A DNA stretch of 63,000 bases, the filler included, from Reclinomonas americana ATCC 50394 (lineage: Eukaryota), in the NCBI GenBank assembly GCA_048213135.1. It is 15 parts of 15 records of this genome, joined end to end, with 100 filler letters (N's around TTAATTAATTAA, not from the genome) between each part and the next. Parts side by side here need not be neighbours in the genome. Positions count along the whole stretch, not along the records: positions 61,205 to 63,000 come from AFZH01017726.1; 14 more parts are not named here. One strand, given 5' to 3'. Below are positions 62,957 to 63,000 of the stretch, piece after piece. Each line of letters opens with the position of its first letter. Position 1 is the stretch's first letter. The notes beneath the pieces were generated by a model. That model was not told where the DNA came from. It saw only the letters and a list, made by a program, of their open reading frames with translations, and searched no databases. A program made the translations under genes and the position numbers.

Positions 62957-63000
<44 letters not shown>

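Noticed and set aside
1..63000. Non-standard genetic code
   Set aside because: Conserved genes splice without in-frame stops and end where expected with TAA (HPS3, CRYM) and TGA (DECR2, Rab, aconitase); the USP model ends in TAG
1..63000. U12-type (AT-AC / GTATCCTT) introns
   Set aside because: None of the introns I resolved has the U12 donor consensus

Overview
Eukaryotic, GC-rich and very gene-dense DNA from a probably flagellated protist (it has an RSPH1-like MORN gene). The window is 15 ordered contigs joined by artificial 100-nt linkers (N44-TTAATTAATTAA-N44), and several genes run across these gaps. It uses the standard genetic code and has many short spliceosomal introns (about 45-80 nt up to about 49.9 kb, hundreds of nt and repeat-filled after that). 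Splicing by hand gives HPS3 (BLOC-2), peroxisomal DECR2 (ends AKL), a BTB/BACK-SPRY protein, a 2xCBM20-USP deubiquitinase, a NAT8-like GNAT, a Dad1/Dad4-like DASH subunit, DDX52/ROK1, a PH protein, DCTPP1, CENP-S, LENG8/THP3, a divergent Rab, cytosolic aconitase, a TPR protein, a BTB protein, a 2-TM ENaC/PAC-like channel, a HECT E3, a GT37-like fucosyltransferase, a tandem-SPRY protein, mu-crystallin and a MORN protein. The most notable items are (1) a 334-nt bulged rod-like fold-back at 32731-33064 with perfect 9-bp termini and an AAAG direct repeat, in an unusually long intergenic gap, and (2) a deubiquitinase with two starch/glycogen-binding CBM20 modules, possibly joined to the upstream acetyltransferase through a GC-AG intron. 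All family calls come from motif recognition by eye; no database searches were run.
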